A stretch of DNA of 64,000 nt from Alphaproteobacteria bacterium. GTDB lineage: Bacteria > Pseudomonadota > Alphaproteobacteria > GCA-2746255. The stretch spans positions 1,152,001 through 1,216,000 of the forward strand of contig OZ252220.1 of the NCBI GenBank assembly GCA_965249135.1. The letters are read 5' to 3'. The position numbers were made by a program, and so were the translations under genes. Shown here in pieces: positions 9,168-20,034 of the stretch. Below the pieces are notes generated by a model. It was not told where the DNA came from. It saw nothing but the letters and a program-made list of their open reading frames with translations, and ran no database searches. Positions within the stretch are counted from its first letter, which is position 1. Each line of letters opens with the position of its first letter.

Positions 9168-12100
9168 CTAGTCTGAATCCGAAGGCGCCGCCTTCTTTCC
9201 GAAACCGCCGCCGCCCGGCGTTTCGATGACGAAAACGTCGCCCGCCGCCATTCTTACTTCGGCCGTCGCGGGCAAGTGCTCGATGCCGCCATCCGCCCGC
9301 TCGATGCGGTTTTCACCGGGCTTGGCGTCCGCGCCTCCGTTCAGGCCCCGAGGCGCGTGGCTGCGATTGCCGGAAAGGATCGCCGCCGTCATCGCCTCGC
9401 GGAAACGGATGCGCCGCACAACGCCGTCGCCACCCCGCCACCGCCCTTCTCCACCGCTTGCGCGGCGGATCCGGAAGGCCTCGACGAAGACCGGGTAGCG
9501 CCACTCGAGCACCTCCGGGTCGGTCAGACGGGAATTCGTCATATGGGTATGAACGGCGGATGCGCCGTCGAAACCGGGGCCGGCCCCGGCGCCGCCGGCA
9601 ATCGTCTCGTAGTATTGGTGGCGGTCATCGCCGAAGGTGAAGTTGTTCATCGTGCCCTGGGAGCCCGCCAGCGCACCGAGCGCGCCAAAAAGCGCGTCGA
9701 CTACGCATTGGGAGGTCTCGACATTGCCGGCGGCAACCGCGGCCGGGGGGTCGGGATTGAGCATGGAGCCTTTGGGAAGGACGATGTCCAGGGGTTTAAG
9801 GCAGCCCGCGTTCAAGGGGATGTCGTCTTCGACCAGGGTTCGAAAGACGTAAAGCACGGCGGCCCGCGTGACGGCGGAAGGCGCGTTGAAATTGTTCGGC
9901 CGCTGATCCGAGGTGCCGGTGAAGTCGATCTTCGCCGCGCGGCTTTCCCGGTCGATCCCGATCTGGACCTGGATGCGGCCGCCATCGTCCATCTCGTAAA
10001 CGAAGGCGCCGCCCTTCAAGCCGGCGATCACGCGACGGATCGCTGCTTCCGCATTCGCCTGGACATGTCCCATATAGGCCCGAACCTGCTCAAAGCCGAA
10101 ATGGGACACCAGCGCGCGAAGCTCTTCGAGCCCTTTCGCGTTCGCGGCGACCTGCGCGCGCAGATCGCGCACGTTCTGATCCGGGTTGCGGGCCGGATAG
10201 GGGGCGGCTTGAAGGCGTGCGCGAAGTTCGTCTTCATGGAAGCGGCCCTCGCGGACGAGGCGGATATTGTCGAGAAGCACGCCTTCTTCTTCGATGTTGC
10301 GGCTTTCCGGCGGCATCGAGCCCGGCGTCTTGCCGCCGATGTCCGCATGGTGACCGCGGGCGGCAACAAAGAAGAGGACCTCGTTGCTGTCCTCATCGAA
10401 GACCGGCGTCACGACGGTGATATCGGGAAGATGCGTGCCGCCATTGTAGGGCGCGTTCGAGGCAAAGACGTCGCCCGCGCGAATGTCGGAGGCGTAAGCC
10501 TGGCTGACGACGCGCACGCTTTCGCCCATCGAGCCCAGGTGAACCGGGATGTGCGGCGCGTTCGCGATGAGGCCGCCTCGATCGTCGAAGAGCGCGCAGG
10601 AGAAATCGAGCCGCTCCTTGATGTTCACCGAATGCGAGGTCTTCGCCAGAGTCTCGCCCATCTGCTCGGCGATCGACATGAAAAGGTTGTTGAAGATCTC
10701 GAGCAGGATCGGATCCGCAGGTTCCTTGCCGCCGGCGGGCGCGCGGTGCGCGGGCGCCTTGATCCGCGAAAGCAGAAGGCTTCCTTCCCCGAGCACGGCC
10801 AGTTCCCAGCCGGGCTCGAGCACCGTCGTCGCATGCTCCTCTAAGACGATGGCCGGACCGGTAAGGCGATGGCCAGGCGCAAGGGCGGCGCGTGCGATGA
10901 CCGGCGTCTGTTTGAGGCGCCCGGAAAAATGAACCTGTGCGCACGTCTCCGGCTTCGGCGCCGCGCGCCCAGCGTCGGCAAAGGAAGGGGGCGTTGCGAT
11001 CCGCTCCATCGCGCCCACCGCCTCGACACTGAGCGCCTCGAGGATGAGCCGCTTGTCCGGATCCAAAAAACCGAAATGCCGGCGATGGGCCGAATCGAAA
11101 CTTTTGCGCGTTTCGGCAAAGCCCACAAAGGGAAGGATGAGGGGGCTGTCCGTCCCCTCGTAGCGAAGATGGGCGGAAGGGAGCGTGCGTATCCGGGCGG
11201 GCGCCACCCCCTGGGCCTCCATTTCTTTTTTTGCGTCGGCGCGAAGCGCATCCACGATCGCTTCGAGATCCGCCATGGCGGCCTCCTCGAAGGGCGCTTC
11301 GACGGCGCGGGCGCGCGTCACCCGCATATCCGCGAGCCCCATGCCGAGCGCCGAAAGGACGCCCGCCATCGGGTGCAGCAGCACGCGCTTCATCTCGAGT
11401 GCGTCCGCCACGCGGCACGCATGCTGCCCCGCGGCGCCCCCGTAACCGCAAAGCACGTAGTTCGTCACGTCGTGGCCGCGCGCGACGGAAACCTTCTTGA
11501 TCGCGTTCGCCATGTTCTCGACGGCGACCTTAAGAAAGCCTTCCGCCACCGCGAAGCTGCTCATCGCCTGGCCGGAAGTCTCGCGCACGGCCTTGGCAAG
11601 CGCGTCGAACTTCCCGGTGACGATCGCCTGGTCGAGCGGCAAATCGCCCTTAGGCCCGAAGATGCGGGGAAAATAGTCGGGCAGGATCCTGCCCAGAAGC
11701 AGGTTGCAGTCCGTCACCGTCAGCGGCCCGCCACGGCGGTAGCAGGCCGGACCGGGATCGGCGCCGGCCGAGTGGGGGCCGACGCGAAAACGCGCATTTT
11801 CGAAACTGCAGATCGAACCGCCGCCGGCGGCCACCGTATGGATGCGCATCATCGGCGCGCGCAGGCGCACGCCGGCCATTTCCGAATCGAAGCTGCGCTC
11901 GAATGCGCCATCGAAATGAAAGACGTCCGTAGACGTGCCTCCCATGTCGAAACCGATCAGACGGCCGAAACCGGCCAGCTTCGCGCCCTCGACGGCGCCG
12001 ACGACGCCGCCCGCCGGCCCGGAAAGGATGCTGTCCTTGCCATGGAAGAAACGGGCGTCGGCAAGCCCGCCATTCGACTGCATGAAGAAAAGGTGCGTTT

Positions 12101-12815
12101 CGCCAAGATCGGCGGCGAGACGATCAATGTAGCGCCGCAAAATCGGCGAGAGATAGGCATCGGCAACCGTCGTATCGCCGCGGCTTACGAGCTTCATGAG
12201 CGGGCTTGCCTGATGCGAAACGGAGACCTGGGAAAAGCCGACCGCGCGGGCAAGCGCGGCGACAAGGCGTTCATGTTCGGGATAGCGATAGCCGTGCAGG
12301 AAGACGATAGCGGCCGCGCGGATGCCGTCCCGGTAAGCGGCCTCGAGACGAACGCGGGCAAGATCCAGATCGGGAGCGTGGATTTCTTCGCCTTCGGCCG
12401 TCATCCGTTCCGGCACTTCGATGACTTGAGCATAAAGCAGCGAAGGCAATCGGATGTGACGGGCGAAAATGGCGGGACGGTTCTGATAGGCGATACGAAG
12501 CGCATCGCCAAAGCCTTCCGTAATGACGAGAACCGTGCGCTCCCCCTTTCGTTCGAGAAGCGCGTTCGTGGCCACCGTCGTTCCCATCTTCACGGCGTCG
12601 ATATGGGCCTCCGGGATGGGCGCGCCTTTTGGCACTTGCAGAAGTTCGCGGATGCCTTCGATGGTGGCGTCCGCATAGCGTTCCGGATTTTCGGAAAGCA
12701 GCTTGCGGGTCAGGAGTTCGCCTTCCGGGTTGCGCGCGACGAAATCGGTGAACGTGCCGCCCCGATCAATCCAGAACTGCCAACCCGCCTTCGAAGAAGA
12801 GGTCTCCGCCACCAT
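9168..12815 (-). CDS. Fused ATP-dependent 5-oxoprolinase / hydantoinase A+B
   Basis: [47 protein letters not shown] and [13 protein letters not shown] motifs; 1215 aa. Confidence 0.93.
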   Translation of the reverse strand: MVAETSSSKAGWQFWIDRGGTFTDFVARNPEGELLTRKLLSENPERYADATIEGIRELLQVPKGAPIPEAHIDAVKMGTTVATNALLERKGERTVLVITEGFGDALRIAYQNRPAIFARHIRLPSLLYAQVIEVPERMTAEGEEIHAPDLDLARVRLEAAYRDGIRAAAIVFLHGYRYPEHERLVAALARAVGFSQVSVSHQASPLMKLVSRGDTTVADAYLSPILRRYIDRLAADLGETHLFFMQSNGGLADARFFHGKDSILSGPAGGVVGAVEGAKLAGFGRLIGFDMGGTSTDVFHFDGAFERSFDSEMAGVRLRAPMMRIHTVAAGGGSICSFENARFRVGPHSAGADPGPACYRRGGPLTVTDCNLLLGRILPDYFPRIFGPKGDLPLDQAIVTGKFDALAKAVRETSGQAMSSFAVAEGFLKVAVENMANAIKKVSVARGHDVTNYVLCGYGGAAGQHACRVADALEMKRVLLHPMAGVLSALGMGLADMRVTRARAVEAPFEEAAMADLEAIVDALRADAKKEMEAQGVAPARIRTLPSAHLRYEGTDSPLILPFVGFAETRKSFDSAHRRHFGFLDPDKRLILEALSVEAVGAMERIATPPSFADAGRAAPKPETCAQVHFSGRLKQTPVIARAALAPGHRLTGPAIVLEEHATTVLEPGWELAVLGEGSLLLSRIKAPAHRAPAGGKEPADPILLEIFNNLFMSIAEQMGETLAKTSHSVNIKERLDFSCALFDDRGGLIANAPHIPVHLGSMGESVRVVSQAYASDIRAGDVFASNAPYNGGTHLPDITVVTPVFDEDSNEVLFFVAARGHHADIGGKTPGSMPPESRNIEEEGVLLDNIRLVREGRFHEDELRARLQAAPYPARNPDQNVRDLRAQVAANAKGLEELRALVSHFGFEQVRAYMGHVQANAEAAIRRVIAGLKGGAFVYEMDDGGRIQVQIGIDRESRAAKIDFTGTSDQRPNNFNAPSAVTRAAVLYVFRTLVEDDIPLNAGCLKPLDIVLPKGSMLNPDPPAAVAAGNVETSQCVVDALFGALGALAGSQGTMNNFTFGDDRHQYYETIAGGAGAGPGFDGASAVHTHMTNSRLTDPEVLEWRYPVFVEAFRIRRASGGEGRWRGGDGVVRRIRFREAMTAAILSGNRSHAPRGLNGGADAKPGENRIERADGGIEHLPATAEVRMAAGDVFVIETPGGGGFGKKAAPSDSD

Positions 12816-12837
12816 CCAGAAAGCTTAGCGGCAAGCC

Positions 12838-12867
12838 GGCCTCAAACCCAAGGCCTCAAACCCAAGG
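12838..12867. repeat. 14-bp tandem duplication GGCCTCAAACCCAA x2
   Basis: Read directly from the sequence. Confidence 0.9.
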
Positions 12868-12942
12868 AATGGCTTGGCCCGCTCTGGCGTGGCCTTACGA
12901 TCCGGTCTATGGTCGCCGCCGCAATTCTTGAAGGCGGTCTCT

Positions 12943-12970
12943 CATGGGAATCTGGGCATGGGAATCTGGG
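12943..12970. repeat. 14-bp tandem duplication CATGGGAATCTGGG x2 spanning the djlA start codon
   Basis: Read directly from the sequence. Confidence 0.9.
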
Positions 12971-13710
12971 GAAAACTGATCGGGGGTGCGGCCGGATTCG
13001 CGCTTGGCGGGCCGCTTGGCGCCATCCTCGGCACGCTCGCGGGGCACGCCTATGACCGCTCGAAGGCGGAGGGCTTACGTGGGCCTTACGGACAGGCGCG
13101 TGCCGACACGACGGCCACCCGCCAGGCCGCCTTTACGACCGCCGTCATCGTGCTGGCTGCGAAGATGGCGAAGGCGGACGGCGTCGTTACGAAGGACGAG
13201 ATCCGCGCCTTCAAGCAGATCTTTCGCGTACCTAAACAGGCCGAGGCGGAGGTCGGCGGGCTCTTCAACCGGGCGCGGGAGGAGGCCGCCGGTTTCGAGC
13301 CTTACGCCCATCAGATCGCCGTCCTGTTCGCGCACCACAAGGTCGTGCTCGAGGACCTGCTTGGCGGGCTTATCCATATTGCGCGAGCCGACGGCCGGGT
13401 CAGTCCGGAAGAGATGGCGTACTTAAAAGAAGTCGCCCAGATTTTCGGATTCGACGCGCGAACTTTTGAGCGGGTGGTCGCCGCCCATTCGGGTAGCGGG
13501 ATCGCCGACCCTTACGAGGTGCTGGGGGTGAGCCCGAAGGTTGGGGACGCGGAATTGAAGAAGGCCTATCGCGGGCTCATCCGCGAGAACCATCCCGACC
13601 GGCTGATGGCCCAGGGCATGCCGCAGGAATTCATCGACGTCGCCGACGAAAAAATGGCACGGATCAACGACGCCTATGCGCAAATCGAAAAACTGCGGGG
13701 CTTGAGTTAG
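12958..13710 (+). CDS. djlA: DjlA-like co-chaperone (TerB-like domain plus C-terminal J domain)
   Basis: MGIWGKLIGG...GGPLGA N-terminus, AKMAKADG, DPYEVLG and HPD motif. Confidence 0.88.
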   Translation: MGIWGKLIGGAAGFALGGPLGAILGTLAGHAYDRSKAEGLRGPYGQARADTTATRQAAFTTAVIVLAAKMAKADGVVTKDEIRAFKQIFRVPKQAEAEVGGLFNRAREEAAGFEPYAHQIAVLFAHHKVVLEDLLGGLIHIARADGRVSPEEMAYLKEVAQIFGFDARTFERVVAAHSGSGIADPYEVLGVSPKVGDAELKKAYRGLIRENHPDRLMAQGMPQEFIDVADEKMARINDAYAQIEKLRGLS

Positions 13711-13713
13711 AAG

Positions 13714-14418
13714 ATGAAACCGCCGATCGAGAAAAGCTCGCCGAACCAGGGACCGCGGCCCGAAGGATGCGCGATCGACACGCTGGTCCTGCACTACACC
13801 GGCATGAAGACGGCGGAAGCGGCATTGACGCGGCTTTGCGACCGGGAAGCGAAGGTGAGCGCGCATTATCTGATCGACGAGGCGGGCCACGTCACCGCGC
13901 TGGTGCCGGAGACAAGGCGCGCCTGGCATGCGGGCGAGGCGTGCTGGAAAGGTGCTAACGATCTCAACGACCGCTCGATCGGCGTCGAGCTCGTCAATCC
14001 GGGCCACGAGTTCGGCTACCGCCCCTTCCCGGAGGCCCAGATGGCCGCGCTCGAGGCGCTTCTTCTCGACATCCTCGCCCGCCACCCGATCTCAGCCGAA
14101 CGCGTGCTCGGCCATTCCGACGTCGCACCCGACCGCAAGACCGATCCGGGCGAGCTGTTCGACTGGCAGCGGCTGGCGCGGGCCGGCATCGGGCGCTGGC
14201 CGGAGGCCCATGAGGCCGGGCCAGTGCCGCCGATCGAAGAGGTGCAGCGCCTGCTCGACCGCTATGGCTACGAAGTGCCGCTCTCCGGCGTGGCGGATAA
14301 GGCGACGAAAAAGGTCATCAAAGCCTTCCAGCGCCACTTCCGGCCCGCCCGCATCGACGGGGTAGCGGATAGGGAGACGCTGGCGAGGCTCCTCAGTCTT
14401 CTCGAAGGGGGGCCTTGA
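13714..14418 (+). CDS. N-acetylmuramoyl-L-alanine amidase (Amidase_2 plus PG-binding domain)
   Basis: LVLHYTGM, VSAHY, RAWHAG, SIGVE, GHSDVAPDRKTDPG and FQRHFRP. Confidence 0.92.
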   Translation: MKPPIEKSSPNQGPRPEGCAIDTLVLHYTGMKTAEAALTRLCDREAKVSAHYLIDEAGHVTALVPETRRAWHAGEACWKGANDLNDRSIGVELVNPGHEFGYRPFPEAQMAALEALLLDILARHPISAERVLGHSDVAPDRKTDPGELFDWQRLARAGIGRWPEAHEAGPVPPIEEVQRLLDRYGYEVPLSGVADKATKKVIKAFQRHFRPARIDGVADRETLARLLSLLEGGP

Positions 14419-14449
14419 CCCGTTTGCGTCCAAGGCCTAGCTAAAAAGG

Positions 14450-14814
<365 letters not shown>

Positions 14815-14996
14815 TTCTTTTTCAAGAAAATAGGAAGAAGAAAACGTTCTTATTATGTTCTGCATTTAGAGCTTTTCATACTTCATCTAGTAATCGAAAC
14901 AAAAACACCTCCGAAATCTTCGCTCGGAGACTTCCGATCTTCTTATCTCGCGTCCAGAATTCTCCTTTAGGACGAGAGTTTTACTTCGCTCCGTCA

Positions 14997-15037
14997 TTGA
15001 CACCCATATAGGCCCATGATATCCCATTTTATCCTAC
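14997..15037 (+). promoter_or_regulatory. dcw promoter with MraZ-type repeats
   Basis: TTGACA at 14997, followed by CCCAT at 15003, 15013 and 15023 (10-bp period; TGGG on the minus strand). Confidence 0.7.
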
Positions 15038-15134
15038 ATTGGGCAGTCGCGCCCAATCCGGACCGAAGGCCGGGATCGTTCCACCGCCCAGGAGCCCCCG
15101 GCCAGCCGAGAGACCCGGCGGTTGGGGGGCCGGA

Positions 15135-15611
15135 ATGGCGCTGTTTCTTTCGACGTATACGAACAAGGTCGACAAGAAGGGCCGGGTATCCGTACCGGCT
15201 TCCTTCCGCGCCGCCATCGGCGGGCAGAATTTCCACGGCATCGTCGTCTTTCGCTCCTACCGCCTACCGGCGATCGAGGCGTTTTCCATCGATCGCATGG
15301 AGCGCCTAAGCACAAGCCTCGATGCGCTCGACCTTTTCTCCGACACCCAGGACGACCTTGCCGCGACGATCTTTGCCGATTCGCATCCCCTTCCCTTCGA
15401 TGGCGAAGGCCGCATCCTGTTGCCGAAGGAGTTTGCGGATTACGCCAACATCAAGGATGAGGCCGCCTTCGTCGGCCGGGGCGCCACCTTTCAGCTGTGG
15501 GCGCCGAAGGCGTTCCGGTCCCACCAGGCGAAAGCCCGCAAGCGGGCGTTGGACGACGGCGTCACCCTTCGCCTCGGCCCGCCGGAGAAGCCGGAAGGCT
15601 GGAAGTCATGA
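15135..15611 (+). CDS. mraZ: Division/cell wall cluster repressor MraZ
   Basis: [16 protein letters not shown] and [10 protein letters not shown]; first gene of the dcw cluster. Confidence 0.95.
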   Translation: MALFLSTYTNKVDKKGRVSVPASFRAAIGGQNFHGIVVFRSYRLPAIEAFSIDRMERLSTSLDALDLFSDTQDDLAATIFADSHPLPFDGEGRILLPKEFADYANIKDEAAFVGRGATFQLWAPKAFRSHQAKARKRALDDGVTLRLGPPEKPEGWKS

Positions 15612-16594
15612 CCCCCCGGGCGCGGCCGCGAGAAAAAGAGACAATGTGTGGCCACCGGCCCGTCCTTCTAAAAGAAGTGCTTGGCATCCTGGAACCTGCG
15701 GACGGCGCCACCTATGTGGACGGCACGTTTGGCGCCGGCGGCTATGCGAAGGCGTTGCTGGAGGCGGCCGATTGCACGGTCTGGGGCATCGACCGTGACC
15801 CGGATGCGATTGCTGGCAGCAGTGTGCTCGTCAAGGCGTACCCACGCCGCCTGCATTTGCTGGAAGGGCGCTTTGGCGACATGGCGGCGCTCCTCAAAAC
15901 ACAAGGGGTGACGCACGTCGACGGCATCGCCCTTGATATCGGCGTCTCCTCCATGCAGCTGGCGGCGCGCAAGCGCGGCTTTTCCTTCCGCGAGGACGGC
16001 CCGCTCGACATGCGGATGGAGAAGGCGGGGCGAAGTGCCGCCGACGTCGTCAACCAGGAAGACGCGGAAACGCTGGCTTCGATCCTCTCGAAATATGGCG
16101 AGGAGAGAAAGTCACGCCGCATCGCGCGCCGCATCGTCGAGCTGCGCACGAAGAAACCGATTACCCGAACGCGCGAACTGGCCGAAATCGTCGCCGGCGT
16201 CGTCAAGCAGGAGAAAAGCGGCATCGACCCGGCGACGCGCACCTTTCAGGCGCTGCGCATTCACGTGAACGACGAGCTCGGCGAGATCGAGCGGGCTTTA
16301 AGTGCCGCGGAAATCCTGTTGAAGCCGCACGGCCGCATCGCCGTCGTCGCCTTCCATTCGCTGGAGGACCGGCTCGTGAAAACGTTCCTGCGGGCGCGCA
16401 GCGGGGAGGCCACCGGCGCGTCCCGCCACCGGCCGCCCGCGCCCGGCCCGGCACAGGCGCCCAGCTTTCGCCTTCTTACCCGGCGGGTTATCCGGCCGGC
16501 TAAGGCAGAGATCGCCTTGAACCCGCGGGCGCGATCGGCGCGCCTGCGCGCCGCCGAACGCACCAAGGCCCCGCCTTGGGAGAGCGCCGCATGA
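15608..16594 (+). CDS. rsmH: 16S rRNA m4C1402 methyltransferase
   Basis: [32 protein letters not shown] and FHSLEDR. Confidence 0.96.
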   Translation: MTPRARPREKETMCGHRPVLLKEVLGILEPADGATYVDGTFGAGGYAKALLEAADCTVWGIDRDPDAIAGSSVLVKAYPRRLHLLEGRFGDMAALLKTQGVTHVDGIALDIGVSSMQLAARKRGFSFREDGPLDMRMEKAGRSAADVVNQEDAETLASILSKYGEERKSRRIARRIVELRTKKPITRTRELAEIVAGVVKQEKSGIDPATRTFQALRIHVNDELGEIERALSAAEILLKPHGRIAVVAFHSLEDRLVKTFLRARSGEATGASRHRPPAPGPAQAPSFRLLTRRVIRPAKAEIALNPRARSARLRAAERTKAPPWESAA

Positions 16595-16881
16595 AGGGCC
16601 ACCTCACCTTTCTTTGGCTGATGCTGGTCGCCGTCATCTGTTTCGGCCTCTTCCTCGCGAAATACGAGGTGCAGTCGCTGGAGGACGAGCTCCTGGCGCT
16701 CAACCGGGTGATCCTCGAGCGTGAGGAGGGGCTGCACGTGTTGAAGGCGGAGTGGGCGCTTTTGAGCCGGCCCGAGCGCATCCAGCGTTTGAGTGAGCGC
16801 CATCTCGACTTGCAGCCGGTGACGGCGAGGCGGATCGCCACGCGCGCCGAGCTCGGCGCGCGCCTGGAGGAAAGCGAATGA
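16591..16881 (+). CDS. ftsL: Cell division protein FtsL
   Basis: One TM plus coiled coil, [14 protein letters not shown]; lies between rsmH and ftsI. Confidence 0.88.
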   Translation: MKGHLTFLWLMLVAVICFGLFLAKYEVQSLEDELLALNRVILEREEGLHVLKAEWALLSRPERIQRLSERHLDLQPVTARRIATRAELGARLEESE

Positions 16882-18569
16882 GCGCGAAACGCCGCCGGCA
16901 GAAGGATCTGGCGCGCCACCAGGCGATCGAGACCGGACGCACGCGCCTCATCCTGTTGGGATCGCTGATGATGCTCGCTTACCTTGCCGTCGGCGTGCGC
17001 CTCGTCGAGCTCACGCTCTTTCAGGCGAGCCTTGAACCCAGGATCGCCAGCGTCGCGCCGGCCTCAAACTGGCAGACGGAACGCGCCGACATCCTGGATC
17101 GCAACGGCGAGATCCTGGCAACCAGCCTGCGCACGGCTTCGCTCTATGCGGACCCCGCCCAGGTGCTGGATCCAAAGACCGCCGCGCGCGCGCTTGCCCG
17201 TCTGCTGCCCGACGTAGGCGAGAAGAAAATCCTTGAGCGACTCGGTTTGAGGCGCCGTTTCGTCTGGATCCGCCGTCACCTGACCCCGCAACAGCAATAC
17301 GCCGTCAACCGTCTCGGCATTCCCGGCCTTTACTTCCAGCGCGAAGAGCGCCGGGTCTATCCCCATGGGCATCTGGCCACCCATGTCGTCGGTTTCACCG
17401 GCGTCGACAATCGGGGTCTCGCGGGCATCGAAAAATCCTTCGACGCGGCGCTTCGAAACGGAAGCGGTCCGCTCAAGCTTTCGCTGGACATTCGCGTCCA
17501 GCACATCCTTGCCGACGAGATCGGAAAGGCGATGCGGCGGTTCCAGGCAATCGGCGGCGCCGGCGTCGTGATGGATGCGGCAAGCGGCGAGGTGCTTGGT
17601 CTGGTCTCGCTGCCCGACTTCGATCCGAGCCGGCCTGGCGCCGCCAAGCCGGAAGCCATGTTCAACCGGGCGACGCTCGGCATCTACGAGATGGGATCGA
17701 CCTTCAAGATTTTCACCACCGCCATGGCGCTCGAAAGCGGCACGGCGACGATCGAGAGCGTGTATGACGCCTCCAAGCCGATCCGCATCGCGCGCTACCT
17801 GATCAAAGACTACAAGCCGAAAAACCGTTGGCTGTCGGTGCCGGAAATTCTTATGTACTCGTCGAATATCGGCGCCGCGAAGATGGCGATCGAGTTGGGC
17901 GCCCCCCTTCAGCAGACCTACCTTTCGAAGCTGGGCTTGTTGGATCAGCCGGCCCTAGAGCTGCCCGAAATCGGCTCGCCGCTTAGCCCCGAGCCGTGGC
18001 GGGAAATCAATCTGATGACCATCGCCTACGGCCATGGGCTTGCCGTCTCGCCGGTGCAGCTCGCAAACGCGGTGGCTGCGGTCGTGAACGGCGGCATCGC
18101 CTCTCCGGCGACGCTTCTCGACCACGCCGGCGCGCCGGCGGAAGGGATCCGCGTCTTCTCGGCCAAAACGTCCGAGCAGATGCGACGCCTGCTTCGCCTT
18201 GTCGTCGATACGGGCACTGGCCGCAAGGCGGCGGCCGAGGGCTACCTCGTCGGCGGCAAGACCGGCACGGCCGAAAAGAACGACGGACACGGGTACGAAG
18301 GCAAGATGCTGCGCTCTTCCTTCGTCGGCGCGTTTCCGATGCATGCGCCCCGCTACGTCGTCTTCGTGCTGCTGGACGAACCGAAGGGCGACAAAAAAAC
18401 ATTCGGCTATGCAACCGGCGGCTGGGTGGGCGCGCCGGTCGTCGCCCGCGTCATTTCACGGATGGCGCCGCTCATCGGCGTGGCGCCGCTCAACGAGACG
18501 GCGCCGGAAGTCGCGCGCCAGATGTTTATCGAGATCCACGATCGGGGAAAAGGACTTGCGTCTTTCTGA
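16878..18569 (+). CDS. ftsI: Penicillin-binding protein 3 (transpeptidase)
   Basis: RADILDRNG, GSTFK (SxxK), SSN and KTGT motifs. Confidence 0.95.
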   Translation: MSAKRRRQKDLARHQAIETGRTRLILLGSLMMLAYLAVGVRLVELTLFQASLEPRIASVAPASNWQTERADILDRNGEILATSLRTASLYADPAQVLDPKTAARALARLLPDVGEKKILERLGLRRRFVWIRRHLTPQQQYAVNRLGIPGLYFQREERRVYPHGHLATHVVGFTGVDNRGLAGIEKSFDAALRNGSGPLKLSLDIRVQHILADEIGKAMRRFQAIGGAGVVMDAASGEVLGLVSLPDFDPSRPGAAKPEAMFNRATLGIYEMGSTFKIFTTAMALESGTATIESVYDASKPIRIARYLIKDYKPKNRWLSVPEILMYSSNIGAAKMAIELGAPLQQTYLSKLGLLDQPALELPEIGSPLSPEPWREINLMTIAYGHGLAVSPVQLANAVAAVVNGGIASPATLLDHAGAPAEGIRVFSAKTSEQMRRLLRLVVDTGTGRKAAAEGYLVGGKTGTAEKNDGHGYEGKMLRSSFVGAFPMHAPRYVVFVLLDEPKGDKKTFGYATGGWVGAPVVARVISRMAPLIGVAPLNETAPEVARQMFIEIHDRGKGLASF

Positions 18570-20034
18570 CCTACTGCGCGGCGAAGAAAGGGATTCGATG
18601 TTCGAGACGACGGGAGAGGACGTAGAAATCACCGGAATCACCGCCGATTCCCGTAACGTCAAACCCGGCTTCTTGTTCGCCGCCCTACCCGGCACGAAGG
18701 CGGAAGGCGCGCGTTTCATTCCAGACGCGCTTGCGGCAGGCGCAAGCGCCATCTTTGGGCCGCCGGAGCTCGAAGCGCCGGGAGCAGACGAACGCTTACC
18801 CCGGATCGTCACGGAAAACCCCCGCCAGGCCTTTGCAAAGATCGCCGCCCGTTTCTATCAGGCGCAGCCACGCGTGATTGCGGCCGTCACCGGCACCAAC
18901 GGGAAGAGCTCCGTCGTCGGTTTCGCACGCCAGATCTGGGAACGCTCTGGCGAGCGCGCGGCCAGCCTTGGCACCTTGGGCCTTGAGCCGCCGATGGGTA
19001 TCGCGGAGGGCTCCGCGCTGACGACGCCCGACCCCGCCCATCTCCATCGCCTGCTTGCCGAGCTGGCGGCGAACAAGATCGATCATCTGGCCATCGAGGC
19101 CTCGAGCCATGGGCTCGAACAGTTCCGATTGGACGGGCTTCGCTTGAGCGTCGCCGTCTTCACGAGCCTTTCCCGCGATCACCTCGACTACCACGGCTCG
19201 CTCAAAGCCTATCTGGCTGCAAAGCTGCGCCTGTTTTCGGAATTGTTGCCGAAAGAAGCCCCGGCCGTGCTGAACGCGGACGATGCGGCCTTCGAGACGT
19301 TTGCGGAGGCGTGCGTGAAACGCGGGCTTCGGATCCTCACTTACGGCGAAAAGGGAGACAACCTTCGCCTGCTAAAAAGCACGCCGGCAGGCGGTGGCCA
19401 GGACGTCGTCTGCGAGATTCTCGGGAAGGTCGAGTCCTTGCACCTTCCCCTCATTGGCTCCTTCCAGGCGAAGAACGCGCTTGCCGCGCTCGGCCTCGTC
19501 CATGCCGCCGGTGGCGACATCGCGGCCGGCGTGGCCGCACTGCCAAGTCTTTGCGGCATCAAAGGGCGCATGGAAGCGGTGGGCGCGCTTTCGAACGGGG
19601 CGCGCGTCTACATCGACTACGCGCACACGCCGGATGCGCTAACGCACGCGCTTCGTGCGCTGCGTCTGCACACGAAGGGGCGGCTTTGCGTCGTCTTCGG
19701 TTGCGGTGGCGAGAGGGATCGGGGCAAGCGCCCCGAAATGGCCGCCATCGCCGATGCGCTTTCCGATCTGGTCTTCGTGACGGACGACAACCCCCGCTTT
19801 GAGGATGCCGCCGCCATCCGGCGGGAAATCCTGGTCGCCTCCCGGAAGGGAAAAGAGATCGCCGACCGCGCGCGCGCGATCGCGACCGCCGTTCGGACCC
19901 TGGAAGCGAACGATGTGCTGTTGATCGCCGGCAAGGGCCACGAGGTGGGACAGATCGTAGGCGATGCGGTGCTTCCTTTCGACGATTGCGACGTGGCGAA
20001 GCAGGCCATCCGGGCGGAGGGGGGCGCGGCATGA
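18556..20034 (+). CDS. murE: UDP-MurNAc-tripeptide synthetase
   Basis: TGTNGKSS, EASSHG, DHLDYH, DYAHTPDA, DNPR and AGKGHE. Confidence 0.95.
   Translation: MRLSDLLRGEERDSMFETTGEDVEITGITADSRNVKPGFLFAALPGTKAEGARFIPDALAAGASAIFGPPELEAPGADERLPRIVTENPRQAFAKIAARFYQAQPRVIAAVTGTNGKSSVVGFARQIWERSGERAASLGTLGLEPPMGIAEGSALTTPDPAHLHRLLAELAANKIDHLAIEASSHGLEQFRLDGLRLSVAVFTSLSRDHLDYHGSLKAYLAAKLRLFSELLPKEAPAVLNADDAAFETFAEACVKRGLRILTYGEKGDNLRLLKSTPAGGGQDVVCEILGKVESLHLPLIGSFQAKNALAALGLVHAAGGDIAAGVAALPSLCGIKGRMEAVGALSNGARVYIDYAHTPDALTHALRALRLHTKGRLCVVFGCGGERDRGKRPEMAAIADALSDLVFVTDDNPRFEDAAAIRREILVASRKGKEIADRARAIATAVRTLEANDVLLIAGKGHEVGQIVGDAVLPFDDCDVAKQAIRAEGGAA

Noticed and set aside
10869-13055. Long antisense and alternate-frame ORFs (for example 10869-13055 +, 6209-7816 -, 46393-48060 +, 61975-63510 +)
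   Set aside because: These are shadow ORFs expected opposite real genes in high-GC DNA, and they carry no family motifs.
14815-14996. AT-rich stretch between rnpB and mraZ as a foreign insert
   Set aside because: No flanking repeats; adequately explained as terminator and promoter-upstream sequence.
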